Assembly: GCA_026914245.1 (NCBI GenBank)
Contig: CP110439.1
Location: 1,550,001-1,614,000 of the forward strand
From: Puccinia triticina
Lineage: Eukaryota
DNA: 64,000 bases
Reading direction: 5' to 3'
Shown: positions 38,653-53,362 of the stretch, in pieces
How positions within the stretch are numbered: the first letter of the stretch is position 1
Layout: the number at the start of each line of letters is the position of its first letter
Program-made: the position numbers and the translations under genes
The notes under the pieces: generated by a model
Database searches by the model: none
What the model was told of the DNA's origin: nothing
The model's input: only the letters and a program-made list of their open reading frames with translations

Positions 38653-38918
38653 AGGACCCTGGCAAGCGCGGCCAGAGGGTACGCATGAAAATGTATGAAT
38701 GTTTAAAGCCACTTTGGCTCACAACCAAACATGATAAATGGATTCTGAAAAGATGGGCACATGTAGGCTTAAAGGGAGAATAATGTACTGCTAACTTCTC
38801 CTCAAAATGTGGTAAATGTTGGCAAGAAAAGCCAAAAATGACTTTTAAAAATGTATGAATCCCACAATTTTTGAATTGATTTTCATGCGTACCCTCTGGC
38901 CACGCTTGCCAGGGTCCT
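38653..38918. mobile_element. 266-bp hAT-like MITE
   Basis: ~40-bp TIR AGGACCCTGGCAAGCG... and 8-bp TSD CTTTGTAT. Confidence 0.88.
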
Positions 38919-40302
38919 CTTTGTATTATATACTGTGTTTTGCAGAATGGTTGGATTTTTCTCAAATTTTCTGGTTTTGCTATGCACTTACTTTAAATTA
39001 AACTTGACACCAAACCTTAGGCCAACCTTGCATTCAAGGTTTTTTAAGCACATGCAGACAAAGATCCACACCTAACTTTAAACCCAACCTTCAGGTTGAC
39101 TCCCGCCTGGAATATCCTTCTGTAACGACCCAGCGCTCGATCGGCCCCTCCCTGCCCCCTCCGTACGGGCAGAGGGCAGCGGCCGATGGCCATGGGCAAA
39201 GGAGGGTAGGGTAAAGAAGGCGCTCCGGTTCTGAATATGAACTCGGTTCGTCTCTAACCCATCTCCAAGACAATCTACCAGAGGACGTTGGCTCCGGGGG
39301 TGGATTTGGCCTTGGGCCTCATCTGACATCTGTCAGGTGCACCATGCCGAAAAGATATAAAAATTATGTGATTGCCCCCGGTCAACGAAACCAGAAATTT
39401 TGGAGAATGAACCAAGCGTTCTGCAAAACACAGTAGCAAGAATTATGCAAATTTACTGTAGATAAGGTTTCTGGAGATTGGAGGAACGCGACCGGAGAGG
39501 TGTCCCGAAGATGCGCCAAAATTTAGCATTCTCGATCCGAGCATCGCAAAAACATGAAAGGTTTGAAGGGCCGGCCCCAATCCTCCCATCCAAAGAAAAC
39601 TTGACTTTGTAAGTATTTATGTCAATCAGTTGATCAATAGACGGATACAAACAAACAAACATGAACATGAACCAAGAGAGCTGATCATAGGGTTAGGGGC
39701 CCTGGCCTCGTCTTCATCCCCCCACAGAAAACTGTCCCTTTCACCGTACTCTTGAGGCAGATAAAGAGAAAGTGGAATGATACATGGATGGCCAACAGAA
39801 AAGTAAAATTGGGTACAAAGATTTTAACATTGATTTCATCAAAAAGGAGTCACACATAAGACAAAGATTAATAAGATATATTTTAAGCAGCATCAGAGGA
39901 TCACTAAGACTTTTTGTGGTGGTTGTGTATGATAAATATCAAGAGGGAGGGTAGGGGTAAAGTTATACAAGAGAAGAAGCACTATCGGAAAGTTCAAAGA
40001 CCAAAAGGAAAACCAAAATCGAAAGTAAAAGACAAAAAAAACACATCAGAAAGGAAGCAGGGGAGAGAAGAATTAGACAGTATCGGGGACACAATCAGTC
40101 ATCATTATATAATCGAGTATGGAGATATAAAACAAAGAAGACATCATCATTCAACCAGGTCTGGATGTTGGTGTGTGTGTTTGTACGTGTACGTGTGAAA
40201 TATCAGGAAAACAAAACCTGCAAAAATGGAGCGAGTACATAATGTATATATGTTTATATATACCTTGCAACTAGTGCGGAGTTCGAAAGAGAGAGGTTTA
40301 GT

Positions 40303-42426
40303 TCAGAAGACCATGGGCAAATTGTTAGCGTTCTCAGTATGAGGCGAGCGGGAGGGATGGCGTGAGGAGCGGTAGGTTTCGGTGTTGGTGGGAGATGGGT
40401 AGCCGGTGGGTTGCTGGACGGCGGGCCCCGGGGGAGACGACTGCTTCTTGCGCCAGCCAGAGGGCTTGAAGATATTGGCCGAGGTCGACGGCGGCCTGGT
40501 GGTGCCGCTGGACGGGACGAAGATCGAGACGGCGGGCTCGATATGTGGGATCTCCATCTTCTCCACTTCTATCACTATCTTCCTCTGCTCCTCAATTCCC
40601 AGCGCCCCCTTGTTCATCGTAATCCTCCGAGCAAGCAGCTTCTCTGTTCTATATTTCTCATACTTTTTTTTAGTAAAATGAAGGGGGATGTCCAGATGTC
40701 AGAATTGCCGTGCATGTTTGAACAAGGTCCGGGAGATCACTCACTTTCTCCAATCGAGTGGCTTCTTTCAATCTCTTCAAGTGACTGCCAAGAATGACAG
40801 CTCTAAGAAGAACAAAATCGCAATGTCTGGGATTCAAGACATCCACAGTGGCCCACTTGAAGCGACGGACGTAGATCGAAGAAGGTTCTTCCGCGCCTGT
40901 TATGCTGAACAGCGGGTTGAGTTGGTTCAATCGCTCCAGATCATCGGCATCCATCGATTTTCCGGGGAGCGTTTCGGCTCCGATAACGCTCAAGGGGATC
41001 ATGCCGCAGACACCATCCAGCTCTTGTAAGGTATCCATGACGCTTGAGTATGGCCGACGTGGCGTGAGGAGGGCGGCCGACTTGCGACGAGGTAGTTTTT
41101 TGCGTGCTTCGTCCTCCTCGTTACTTTTGCAAGAATTTGACGAGGCCGTAGTCACTTCGGGATGCTCGGAAGAGGTGCCTTCTTGGTCCGATTCAGACTC
41201 GCTAACAGCAAAGAGGCCTAGATCAATACCATAAGATTTCATGTCGGCTTGGACCACATTCTTGATGTTAATGAGCTGGGCTTCAGTCAATTCATCCGCC
41301 CGCCCGATGACCTATATATCAGGGGAAGAGAAAAGTCTTCAGCTGTGTGTCACAGGCTAAGCTTTGAAATATCAAGGTACATACAGGCAACACGTTGCAC
41401 CTGCGACTTAGCCGCTTCAACTGTCGTAAATCGATTGTAGACATGTGTAGCTCTTGTCCATCATGGCCCTTGGTGGCGGTCAGATCGAGGTGGTTCTCGG
41501 CAGAACCAATTGAGACTCCTCGACAAGCGATTGTGGAAGGATCAATGAAGTAGATAGAAAGATGCACGTGTCCGTCACCGAGTCTGGTTGGGTTCCTGTG
41601 TACCTGTCTTTCGATTTGTAAGGAATCGTCGAATTTCGATTCGATATCTGAGCCAATTGAATTGCGTCTCATCAGTCAAGAGTATCGGACGGGAAGTAAT
41701 GGAGCCTAGACGTACATCGCAAGGTTTCGTTCATTTGCAAATCCACTCGAAATTCATCTGAGAGGATTGGGAGATCGAATTAGCATATCAAGCGGATGGA
41801 AATTAATGCACATATTATAATGAAAGACGGATAAACCAGGTGGATGGGGAGCGGGGCTGACCATTTGACTGAATATCCAATCCGGGAGTATCGATCACAT
41901 TGAACATCACTTTCTCGCCCGATAAGGTGACGATCGACGTCAGTTTTTCTGATAGAGATGAGGTAGATGAAACCGAAATCGTGGGTGGGTCATCTTGAGT
42001 AGGTAGGCTGGGCGTCAAGCTTCCGATTAAGGTGTGTAGGAATGTCGATTTCCCAGTTGATTTGGCGCCGAGGACCATCAAGTTGAACGTCGGTATCTGT
42101 CGGCTTTTGCGGATCCCCCGAGCTGAATGGGATAGAGCGCCACCGGGGGAGACGGCCGAGGGTGAGCGAGGTTGCTGGGATGGTGAGTAGGAGAAAGACT
42201 GGTAAGACTTGGTGTCTTCCGGATTGGAGGTGTATCCGGTCAATTCGGGGGAAGATGGTGAGATCATGGTTGAGCCCATCGTCTGCTGGTGGTTGAATCG
42301 CGAGAGCCGATTGGCAGACTTGGTCGTCTGGGGTGGCGAATTCATTTTGGGGGCCGGCGGGGTAGAGGTTGAGACGATAGAGGCAGAGACGGAGGTATTT
42401 TTGGTCTTTTTTCTGATTAAAAACAT
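40303..42426 (-). CDS. Septin GTPase, divergent group-5/AspE-like, multi-exon
   Basis: FNLMVLGAKSTGKST P-loop, VIDTPG, DGHVHLSIYFIDP, NVLPV and RRFKWATVDVLNPRHCDFVLLR...YRTEKL. Confidence 0.85.
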
Positions 42427-45400
42427 TTTTGTCGGTCAGCGATTGTGCCCTTGTTTTATATCTGTAAATACGTGTTGATGGTTCGGTTTCTGGGGTGAGG
42501 GGTAGAATTAGTGAGGCAGGAGAAGGGATGTTTTTTTGCCAGAGTTGATATGTATGAAGAATAAGCGGCAGGGTAGATATTCAAACTAAAGTGGTGCAAC
42601 AAGGGAAAAAAACACAAAGAATTGATTGTCTTTTCGAGTACAGTCTATATGGGAGAAAGTACCGCGGGACGTGTTCGATCGGGCGCGTCTTGGTAGATTA
42701 GGGATGAATGGGGGAGCAAGGAGACAGAGATTTCAAGGACAGGAGACACAGGACTCGAGGAAGTGAGATCGATGATCGATAAACACGCCTGTGACTTGAG
42801 GGTGATGTTGGGCCGGTGGTGGTAAGAATGGGGTGATAGCTGGCTAGGGAGGCGGATGGAGTGGGCGGAGGATGGTTTGGTTTGGAGGACTCGGAACAGA
42901 AAAGGGTAGAATGTTTGCCTTGAGCTGCTGCTGATAGAGAGGAAATATGAACAATTCTTGGTTTTTCCTTCGTCACAACGCTCAGGAAGAAGTGTTCCGG
43001 TTGAAGTTCGCCGGGGCTTGATGGTCGTCAAGAGCCCAGCCGACAGTCAATTGAAGCCAGTCAAACAAGCACCTCAACAACGATCCGATCGAGCACGACG
43101 ACGACGACAGCAACAAGCACAAGGACAGTCGAGACTGGGAGAAGGTTGTTGACACCACGCAGGTCTTCTGCGCTTGAAGGCTGACGATGTTGGACCGGCC
43201 AAGTTTAGTCCGTGGCCAACCAACAAGAGCACGCAACAAGGCTCGCCGGGATCACAGCTGCCTAACACTGCTTGGATGCTGTTCGAGAGCGCGACTATCT
43301 GAAAGAGGAACCGGCTTGACTTGGGAGACTTTGGAGGGAGATCACGTATTTATATTATGGTGAGAAAAGTTGAGGGGATGTTGCCGTTGTATACTAGCGA
43401 CAGACGTTCAGCCAGGAGAAACACTGGTTGACAATGAAACCCCGATGTTCTTTGGTGCTTTTCGTGAGATCCAAAGCCTTGTTTCGTGTTGTGGTTGTCA
43501 AGTCTTTGGATTTCAATCCCCGGTTGGCGCAAGCTCAGAGCGAGTTATCAGGGATTCTATGAACTTATATTAAGATCACACGAGGACGCAGTAAAGTGGG
43601 ATTGATCAAGAAAGAGCCGGTTGAGTTGACCGCGGGGTTGGGGGATGAAACTCTTTGTGGTCAAGGTCTGAAATATTTCATGTACAGATTGTGAGATGAC
43701 CGACGTCGTTTGTGAGGCGAGCCTGATTACACACCCAGGTATTTATTGTATTTATTTTATTACTGGGAAAAGTTGCAAGGGAGAGGATCACAGAGAGACG
43801 GAGAGAGAACGCTTTGAAGATCTGAAGCTGGGAGCTGTCCAAGTTTTCGGTCGGTTAAGAATCAAGATAGACGAAACGCGCTTACATAAATATTTACTTC
43901 GGCCACCAGCGTTCAATGCTATCTCCTTACGTAAAAAGGAACAGAAACAAGAGCAACGTCTTTTCCTCTTCCTGATTGATCTTGCCCTTGTTCTCTAGTT
44001 CTTGTGGCTCCTCGTACGATCGGATCGATAGGTGTGTCGATTTGATGGATCCACAGATTCAAGGAGCTGACTTCCCTGGCCGGGGAACGAGCGCTCGACT
44101 GTCGACTATCGGTAGGATGGAATAAATAATTGGAGGGCAGAGGCAGGAGGGGGCGAGAGGTAGAGTTTGCTATTTATATATTTATTTATCTGTGGGGATC
44201 AATTTCGACCAGGTGCAGATGAGATAAGGCGAGAGGGTGGATGAAAGGGTGGGACGGTTTACTTTGAAGCTTGATTACCGGACGAAAAAGCACGAAAGCC
44301 CACCAGCAACCTGACGAAAGCCGACGAAAGCCATGCATGGTTAAGCCTGATTCTGTCTTGCCATCCTCAGTCTCACGAACGAATACTTTACGCTTGGCTC
44401 GGATATTCTCACACTCTTCAAGTAAAAAAACCCACTAGGTTTCCTCATCGGTTTCTCAGCCAACAGCAGAGACAAGAATGAACTTGGTCAAGAATCGGCA
44501 GGTTTGGAGAATCTCGACAGCCATCGTTGTCCGATCATCATTGAGGACAGCTGCTCATAACCAGGGGGAAAAACAAACAAACAAACAAACAAATCAGTAA
44601 AGCCCGCGATGTCGGAAACGGTCAAGATTAATAGCCTGTTTAAAACTCAGACTGCTGTGCAGCCTTATAAGCTCTTATAAGACTCAACCGACCACCAACG
44701 GCCCGTGGTCCATTGTAAATAACACCTTTCCTATCTGCCCTTCGAATTCTCGACTCATTTTCCCTTTCCAGAGTACAACATTCGCCAGGATGATCGGCTG
44801 GGTTCATGTAGAAGCGACAGCATACAAGATGCGATTTCCTATTAAACTCAGCAAGATCCGATTCCTCTATGAAACTCAGACACGCTTATTGACACTCCTC
44901 ACGAAGTTGAAGAAGTTCCTGCGGCAAGATCAAGGTTCAGCTAAGCTTCAAAGTGTGTATCAGGCGATGGGAGGTCACACAAGGTTTACACCAATCTCTT
45001 TTATTCGGAAGTCGTGACTCTGGGTCCAGCGTCCGTGGTTTCTTGGTTTATGACATGATGGCCCAGAAGTTTCTTGTGCCTTCAAAACAGACCTGCAATC
45101 GTTGGGGTGTTTTTACAATTGTAGATAACAGGATTTTGAGTGATTTCTATTATGCGTCTATAACGCGTTCTTATTGGGAGTACTCGGCATGTACTCCGGG
45201 TGCATAATAACCGCTCTAAGCTTTATCCCAAACTGAGGGGCAGAAAGAAATCGAGTATCAAAGAGGAGTGGTGCAGCATTGATCCTCTGCTATCAGCACT
45301 CAAAATTCTTAAAAACAGAAGAAGGTAAAGGATGAGTCTGCCAGTCCCAGTGCGCTCGTCCAGGGGATACATGTGTTCCCAGCGCGTAAAAGACAAAACA

Positions 45401-45600
45401 AGCTAGCCGGGTTGGAATGAAGCCTAGAAAGAGTTGATTCAATTTCAAGCCACCATGAGTTGTTTTAATTGGAAGAACAATTCGCCACATTTCTAGGGAT
45501 GCATTGATTTTGGTTGTGGCGGTGGGATGAATAAAAGAAGGGGCATGAAGCGATAAGCACGCGGGCTCCATTTCAAGACTGGGTAGAACCATTTTGAATT

Positions 45601-45843
45601 CTATGATGACATGCGCTGTAGAGGTTGACTAACCTTGCATTTGCCACCGGTGGCTTGCTTCATCGCGCAGCGTTTACAAAGGGTTCGGTGTTGGCATCCA
45701 AGGGGCCCGTAAGTTGCCAAGGACGAGTCGCAGACGAAGCAGTTGATCGGCAGACGCTGATCATCTCCTTCTAATGATGGCTCTCGGGACTCTTCTTCTT
45801 CATCGGTTGCCTCTTCTTCCTCTTCGCGATCACGACCGGCCAT
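45601..45843 (-). CDS. Small RING-like zinc-finger protein exon
   Basis: CFVCD...GCQHRTLCKRCAMKQATGGKCK followed by a GTTAGT donor. Confidence 0.5.
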   Translation of the reverse strand: MAGRDREEEEEATDEEEESREPSLEGDDQRLPINCFVCDSSLATYGPLGCQHRTLCKRCAMKQATGGKCKVSQPLQRMSS

Positions 45844-48388
45844 GTTCTCTTGTAGAACCGGAACTAGTGGGTGGGTGACTTCTTCTGAATCTTCAGTTGA
45901 GGTGTGCAGTACAGAAGCACCATCCGTGGATCAATAAATTCAACTGTTATTCCTCGCTATTAGTATCGGTTCTAGCAATTCAGTTGAAGATTGGTCAGTG
46001 GAACATTGCGGCAACAGGTCGAGGTCTATAATGGTCCATGACTCACGGCTAATTCTTGAGGGTTCATGCCAGTCAAAGAGCGATAGCTTTGTTCTGCTTT
46101 GTTCCAACAAACTCAAGCTTCATCTCGACAAAAGAATGACGAAATCGCGCACGCCAGAGCAACAGCGATCTTCGCGCGGGTCCGGCGATCCGCAGCGCGC
46201 GGAAAACAGCAAACCTTTGCCCGTGCGAGAAACAGACTGGGCTTTGTTTGTTTTCCCTGATTAGAGACAGCAGACTTCTCCTGACCTTCCAAATACATAA
46301 TTCGTGTTGAGCGGCAAATTCGTGTTGAGCGGCAAAGTCGTGTTGAGCGGCATCAGAGGCCACTTTCAAGTTTCCGGACACAAATAAAATAAGTTCATAG
46401 GAGGCCAGCCTGCCCCCTCCAGCCTCCAGGGGCCACTGTGTGTAGTCATTCTAGCACTGCCGACCGGGGCACGAGATTCTAATTATTTTACCATGTCGCC
46501 AGAAACGAAACTTGAGTAATTTGTGGCGAGACAAGTCGGGACAAGTGCACAGCTTGATTGACACCTGAATCCTAAACACCTCGGAAATGAGTGAAACCTT
46601 TGTCCAGCTTCACCCTCGACGTTGTCCTAGGCGCTCCGGGCTTGACACAATCCACGCCGCCTATCGGCAGGCAGTGGCCTAACTCGGAAGACGCGCTACC
46701 TCCGGCCGTGAGATGTCCTCCCGCCCGCGGCGCTGCCCCTCGTCTGACCGAGAGGCTTTGGCAACCTCGTCTGACCGAGAAGCTTTGGGAGAGGCTTTGG
46801 CAACCTCGTCCGACCGAGAGGCTTTGGGAGAGGCTTTGGCAATCTCGTGGGTAATCCTGCCAGGAAGCGACCCGGGTCCCGGTGCGTCGTTTATATACAA
46901 GTGAGGCTTACACGAAATTTATCACTCCTGCCTTCTGATATGACAGGCAGGCGCTCCTCGCGCTAAGCGCGAGCCTTCGAAGGGGAGACTTTTCACTTGT
47001 GGACAAGCCTATCTGTCAAGCAGAGCGAGGCACTCCGCCAGAAAGGCTTTCTTCATAACCTCGAGTTGCCTGCCACAGACCGATGCGTGGCGGGCGTACC
47101 TTTGTCTCGAAATAAAAGCCATTGTATGCATCTGATCACAAGATGTACTTAATTTTCTGCTGCAAAGAAAACAAAGCAAACTGATTGAATAGTCAAAGTC
47201 ATGCAAAATGTGCAAAACATCGGTTCATGGCCGCCAAGTCCATCAATGAGCAAATAGCGGAGCCGGCTGCCATTCCTACCCCAGGAAAATCTTCGACTGT
47301 TGACCTGATACCGGCCGCATCCCACTCAAGCCATGCCCATTGATGAGAAAACATAAGAAACAAATGCCCTTAAAACCTGTTCGACCGTCGACACCTCGCC
47401 GGCTGCAGCCGGCTCCATCGGTCGAAGATGTTTCTGGGGCAGGAGTGACAGTTGGCTTCTCTGTCTGATTGTCAATGGATTCGGGTTTGGCCGACCGGCC
47501 ACGGGGGGCCGACGGTCTAATAGTTCTCAGCGGCAGGAGTCCCTCACGTTTGCTCATCGATGGGCTTCACAAACAACGAGTCGGCTGGGGCCCGCGATAG
47601 CTTATGACGGACCAAGATGTTTGGGGTACATGAGGTGGCCGACATAATATACCTACTCTTCTCTGTCTGTGAAGATCGTCTGCTTCACAAATCAGGAACG
47701 AGGAGTATGATATGAAGGCAATCATCATCAATTCCTGTAAGTTAAGACAAGAGAGAAGGCCGCTTTTGATCCCACGAAAATCGGCAATAAGCTAAGGCAC
47801 CTTGGCTTCCCATTGGCAAATGTTCAAATAAAAAAAGGCAAAACTAGCACCTCAAGAAAAAGTGCAAAATCAAAATAAGTTATACGGGAAAGAGGAACAT
47901 GGAGAAAGGAACTTCATCAAGTATGACTAAATATATATATTCAAACAGGCAAGTGTCCATAGAGAAACCAATTGGCCATGTAAAGATGGTTGGATTTTCG
48001 GTGTGTGTTTTATAGAAGCCGGTGCGAAAAATGTCCATATGTTTACTTTGTACTTTAAAGCTAGCGGTACAATTACATAGATTATCCGATTTAGATACTT
48101 ATCGGGCGTATCATGCTAACGCTTCTTAACGTCAATGAGCTGAAAAAAAAGAAGAAGGGTATCAAGCCGGCTGGATCTTCCGTCTTTTGAAGTCGATCAT
48201 AGGTTCGCAAGCGGATTCGATTCGATGAGATTTCCGGCAGCGGGGGATGGAAGAAGACGAGGTGGTTATCGGATGATGGGCTACCGGGCCCGGCTGAGAG
48301 TGCCTTTCGAATTGGAAAGCCGCGGGGATCTGGACCATGGGTTGGATGGACAGCGGTGCTAGAGGAAGGAAAAAGGGATTCGGAAGTA

Positions 48389-49019
48389 CTAGCTCTTGTC
48401 CCTCGTCTCCATGCGAATCGTCCGAGTGGATGATTGAGCTGTCCGTGGCATCACACGAAGTAGACGTCTCGTTCGACTGATAATCTTCGTCTTGCTGCTC
48501 CTCAACTCTTTGATCCGGGTGTCGGCCTGGGTTCGAGAAGATGACTGGTTGCGGGTAGAGGAAAGGGAAGTGGATTGGAAGTTAGCACGAGCCACTTTCT
48601 TCTTGGTATTTGATTCTGTCCTTCAGTTCAGAGAAAAAAACTCGGAAGAAGCACATACTTGTATCTGACAGAACCGGTGAATGGTTCCAGTTAAGGACTA
48701 GCCGGGGATAAATGGCATACAACAGTTCAGGTCCGAATGGCGACTCTTCGAAGTAGTTTTGGAAGATGAATTCCTCGCCGGTCCGTTCAGAATAGAGCCG
48801 ATCCCAGCCGATCAGCCGATGCGAAATTTGTCGAAAGGCCAAGCAATCCCAATGGTTCCTTGGCGGGATGCTGGGGAGATGGTGAGAAGCTGCTCGCAGC
48901 AGTTCGAGCCGATGAAGCTCCAACGCGGTTGGCATTCCGGGCTGCATTCTGCTGTCGGTGGTCTTGAATCCGCTCAAGGTCTGGGTTGGCGGTGCCTCTA
49001 AGAAGAGAGTCTGACTCAT
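48389..49019 (-). CDS. Hypothetical protein
   Basis: Two overlapping ORFs; no recognised motif. Confidence 0.3.
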
Positions 49020-51214
49020 TTTTGGTGGTCAAAGGTCGCTTGCAATCAACGTGAAGTTGGAGGGAAATAAAGAGAAAACTAGGAAAAATCGCAGATCTAT
49101 GATGAACGTCTGAGCTCTAGGGTTGAGACTGACAACGAAGGGATGTGGAAAAGGAAATGAGATGGGGGGTGGAGCTTTTAAAATGTTCTGGAGGGGGCAA
49201 TCGAATATCGAAACTTGGGGGATCCCAACGCAAAAGAAGGCGCTATTGGATAAATAAAGAAAAACTAATGTGTATCTTCTAGGGTCAAAAGAGGCGCAAG
49301 TTTGGTGTCCAAGTGCTGAAAGACGGGAGGATGGATCGAGGCGGAGACTAACGTTTGGCGTCTTTAAAAGGCCTTGGAGATAGGCGATGCCTCAGCTGGA
49401 TCGTCTCAAGGTCATGTTTGAATTGGACGTATACATGTTTAAATAAATGTTTTTGACATGTCCGGAGAGTGTGTGTTGGATCTGAAATCCTAAAAGTGCT
49501 TCTCTGCGGCACTGTGCTACCGGCAGACCAGCTTCATCATGGGAACGTGAAGGAGACGGAGATCATTGTAAAAGTTTGGTTGAGCCGAAGTCCGCGGAAA
49601 CAAATCCGAGCTGTATCTCCCGCCAAACATCTTTCTTGAGCCGCGTTTCGCGGGCTGGAATTGGTGATCATGAGGAGCCTAAAAAAGTGTACACACCTCC
49701 TCCATCCACACACCCACACATCCACACCCACAACATGTTTCCAATAAGTCCATAAAAATAAGTCGGAAGGGAGACGGACGGGCTTTTAAGCGGTTGCCGG
49801 AGTCCGCCATACATCTTTCCACAGTCAGACCTCGATGACTTGAGTGTCACTTCGAACCGAGCAACGCAAGCTGAGCTTGTTCAGTCCAATCGCAGATGGA
49901 CGGGCGGTGCAGTCTTGTTGCGTAAGATATGCAGGGAAACACCGAAATACCCAGCTTTACGATCCGATCCACATACAAAGCAATAATCTTCAAGTCGCGC
50001 GGATTAGTGGATATGTAGGACATGGTTCTTGTATGTACAATAGCCTGTCGAATTGTTCAAATGTACCCTCTTGGCGGGCGGCGTGTGTACATATTCTTAC
50101 GGAAGAGGAAAGATGGTTTGGCTGGCTTTGGAGGCCATCGCGAAAGATCTCAATGGAGAAGGTCGAAAGTACAAGCCAACAGAAGCCAACAGCCACTCTG
50201 ACGTAAATACTTGGATGGCGGAAGCGCATGGTGCAGATTTGTTTGTCCTGATGGGCCATGGACCTTTTTTGGGAAGTGTTGTTCAAGGCAAGTCATACTC
50301 ACCACATCATCAGCCCACGCTCGGCAGAGCTATATTGCAGCTTTGGGGTGGGGCGGTTCCATACACATTTATCATGCCTCGTCCCTGACAGCAGACGGTT
50401 CTATTCCCATGCCGGACGATTCCAAACAGACTCCTGACTGGTTCTGCTCGCCAAACCCGTTGGTGATACTACATATCAACCCCTTAAGTCAGCGGGGATC
50501 CTGTGCAGACAGAGCATCGATGAAACTTCGCTCTCTCGAGGGTCCAACAGCCAACCCTCGGGTTTGATTGATGACCTCACCTTCGAAGGATCGCGGCAAC
50601 CGGATTCACTCCGTTGCGATTATACCTTGAACTTACGTCTATTTGCAAACCCAAGGGCTCTTTGGGGCCTGGGCATGGGGCACGCCCAGCGGCCACGTCA
50701 CCTGCGTACATCACCAATCTCCCAACAAAATTGTAAATAGAAAAAAGTCAAGGCATCTATGCTTTTATTCATATATATTTCTGAACAAATTGGACGCTTG
50801 GGCCAAGAGACTATACACACGTGTACAAAAAAAGATGCTAAATAAGACTAAGCAGAGTACAAAATGAAATCGAGAGAGTAAGAGGAAGAGAGAAAGATAG
50901 GGAGTAAGACAGGAAGAGGTGGATTCTGTATGACCAAGATCAGGAGAAAAGAGGAGAAAACAACGGAGCCTTCGATCTTGAGAAGATCAGGAGAAAAGAG
51001 GAGAAAGCAACGGAGCCTTCATCTTGAGCTGTAAACGCACAGCAGCAAGAGACGCCGGAATATGTTGAGCGACTGGGTGTCTGAAGCAAGCGGGCGGTGA
51101 AGAGTGCTGGGGTGTGTATGCCAATGCAAGCTGATTTCGGAGCGTTTTTCTATGTTTGACATGAGGCCTGGGACGTATTGGGAACCATCTTCCGACGGAC
51201 CGGATCGAGCGATT

Positions 51215-53362
51215 TCAGAGCAGCAAGTCGTCGTTATTGTTCGCCATGGAAGCCGAGCCAGTGGCGGCGGCGGAGGCCATAGGCTTGCCCATTCCCGCGG
51301 GCTGCATGGGCGCAGCGGCAGTGGAGGAGGGGGCGCCCCAGATGGAGGCGCTGCTCTGTTCTCTGGCCATGGCGGCCATGCTCAACTTGGCCTGGGCCGG
51401 CTTGCCACCCGTCCCGCTCGAGTTGGCCCCGCTCTTCGTCGTACTAGTCAACCCGGCGAACGAGAAGAGGTCGTCGAATTGGTCGCCACCGGCAGGCTTG
51501 GATGCGCTCGTCGCTCGTGTGTTTGCGTTTGTCGAGATGGCGGTGTTGGAAGACATCGAGGTCGTCGTGCCGTACTGGCCCGGACGTGCAGCCTGGGTGT
51601 TGTTTGCTTGATTGGTGTTCATCATCATGGGCTGCATCATGGACGAGCCGAACATGTTGCTGTTGTTCACTGGCGCGGGCTGACTGGACATCGTGTTCAT
51701 CCCGCCTCCGAACATTCCTGAGCCGCCGCCGGCATTCGACATGGGAGAGGGGGCGGAAGGGGTAGCGTTCAGAAGCGCAAACACGTTGGGCTTGGAGCCG
51801 GTGGTTGACGACATCCCGGACGCGGACGGTTGAGACGCAGCCCCAAAGTTGGAAGCGGGTGGGGCGGACTGGAAATCGTCGAATTCGTCTGCAAGAGGGG
51901 AAGAAAAATGTCAGTTGGACTGCTGGGGATTCCAAATCGATAAAAAAGAAGGCCTACCATCCAAGCTGACGCTGACGTTCTCCGAGCTTGCAAGGGGATT
52001 GGTCGAACTGGGAGCAGCTGGGGACCCAAAGTCATCATCGTCACCCATCGAAAACAGATCGACTTCTTTAGCTTTCGGGGGCGGAGCAGTGGGCTTTTGC
52101 TGTGCCGGTTTCTTCATCGAGACAGATATCGAGGCGGTCCGGTTGCTGCTGATGCTACCACGGGCGGTCGAGGGGGACGTTCGGCTGGCGCTCGCCGCCG
52201 GTCGGTCCTCCCACTCTCCAGCATCATATTCCTCGAAATCATCACTCTGCTTGAATGTGCTGCTTCCGGAGGTATACTGGTCTCGACTGCTACTGCCACC
52301 CGCGTTCCCTGAGAACATGAGAATGGTTAACATCCTGATCCGATGACCACTCCGCTGGAAGCCCGAACTCACAGTCATCACCACCGCCACCACCCCCACC
52401 GCCAAGTGAATCACTCCCGAAGCCACCATACTTCGAGCCTCCAGAAGTGCTGAACGATGGGCCTTCACTACCCACTCCGATGTATTTGTTTTTGGCAGCC
52501 TTCGCTTTCCTTCTTTCTTGACGGACTCGATCCAAGTCCGAGAGTAATTCGGCAATTTCCTTGGCCCTATTACGAACTGTTTTCAAGAATAAAAAAACAA
52601 GGATCAAGTCCCGAGTCAAGCAATGTATGGAGTATCTGGTGGGCCGGAATCCGAGATAGGTTGGACTTACCATTGATGCCTTGGTCTTTACCCTTGTCAT
52701 CGACATAATGGAAGTTCCTGAGGATCTTGATCATCGAGATGTGGGATCTAGCATCATCGATAACGCGCTCGGAGCCATGCTTGATGAGGTATTCGAGTAG
52801 CTGCAAGGCCTTGTAGATCTGTCTCCATTCACGGGCTTCCTTCTCGGTGAATCGTTTGTAGATCGTTGGCATGATCTCGTTGAATTGTTGGCTTGATGGG
52901 ACAGATCTCCAGGTTAGAACTTCCGATCATCTTGTTGCAGGGCCTAGAGAGAAGTTACCAACAAGTTGAAAGTTCTGTATGGTGATGGCGATAAAGGATT
53001 GATGATTAGTAACTGTTAAAAAAAGCATAGACGGAGATGGTGTGCCCACCCTTGAGCGATCTCTTGCATGACCGTCGAGCTTGCACCCCTGAGCACGAAA
53101 AGAGTGTGTTTAGCCTCGGAAGCGGCAGGATGGGAAGGCAAAGCGACGAACCAGGGGTCATCATTCGTTGCATCTCTTACTTTTGCTTCCATCTCGGTGT
53201 AGTTGAGCACGACCGCCTTGGCCTGATTGTAGTAAGACTTGATGTCATAGAGCGAGATCTGGGAATGGGCAAGCCAGGTTAGGTATCAACAATCTGGGAT
53301 TGGTGGGATAATAAGGGTCTGACCTGAGCGATGGAGCTCCCGAGAGCCTCGATCTTGTCCAT
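51215..53362 (-). CDS. ENT3: ENTH-domain epsin-related adaptor (Ent3/EpsinR-like), multi-exon
   Basis: NYTEMEAKVRDATNDDPWGAS, EAREWRQIYKALQLLEYL, KGKDQGINVRNRAKE, DLF motifs and a C-terminal DDLLL. Confidence 0.9.

Noticed and set aside
46735..46850. CRISPR-like repeats (also 46300-46350 and 32528-32930)
   Set aside because: No unique spacers, eukaryotic context and no cas genes; these are ordinary tandem repeats.
49950..50390. Possible metallophosphoesterase/5'-nucleotidase fragment (ADLFVLMGH)
   Set aside because: Too short and fragmentary to support without a database search.
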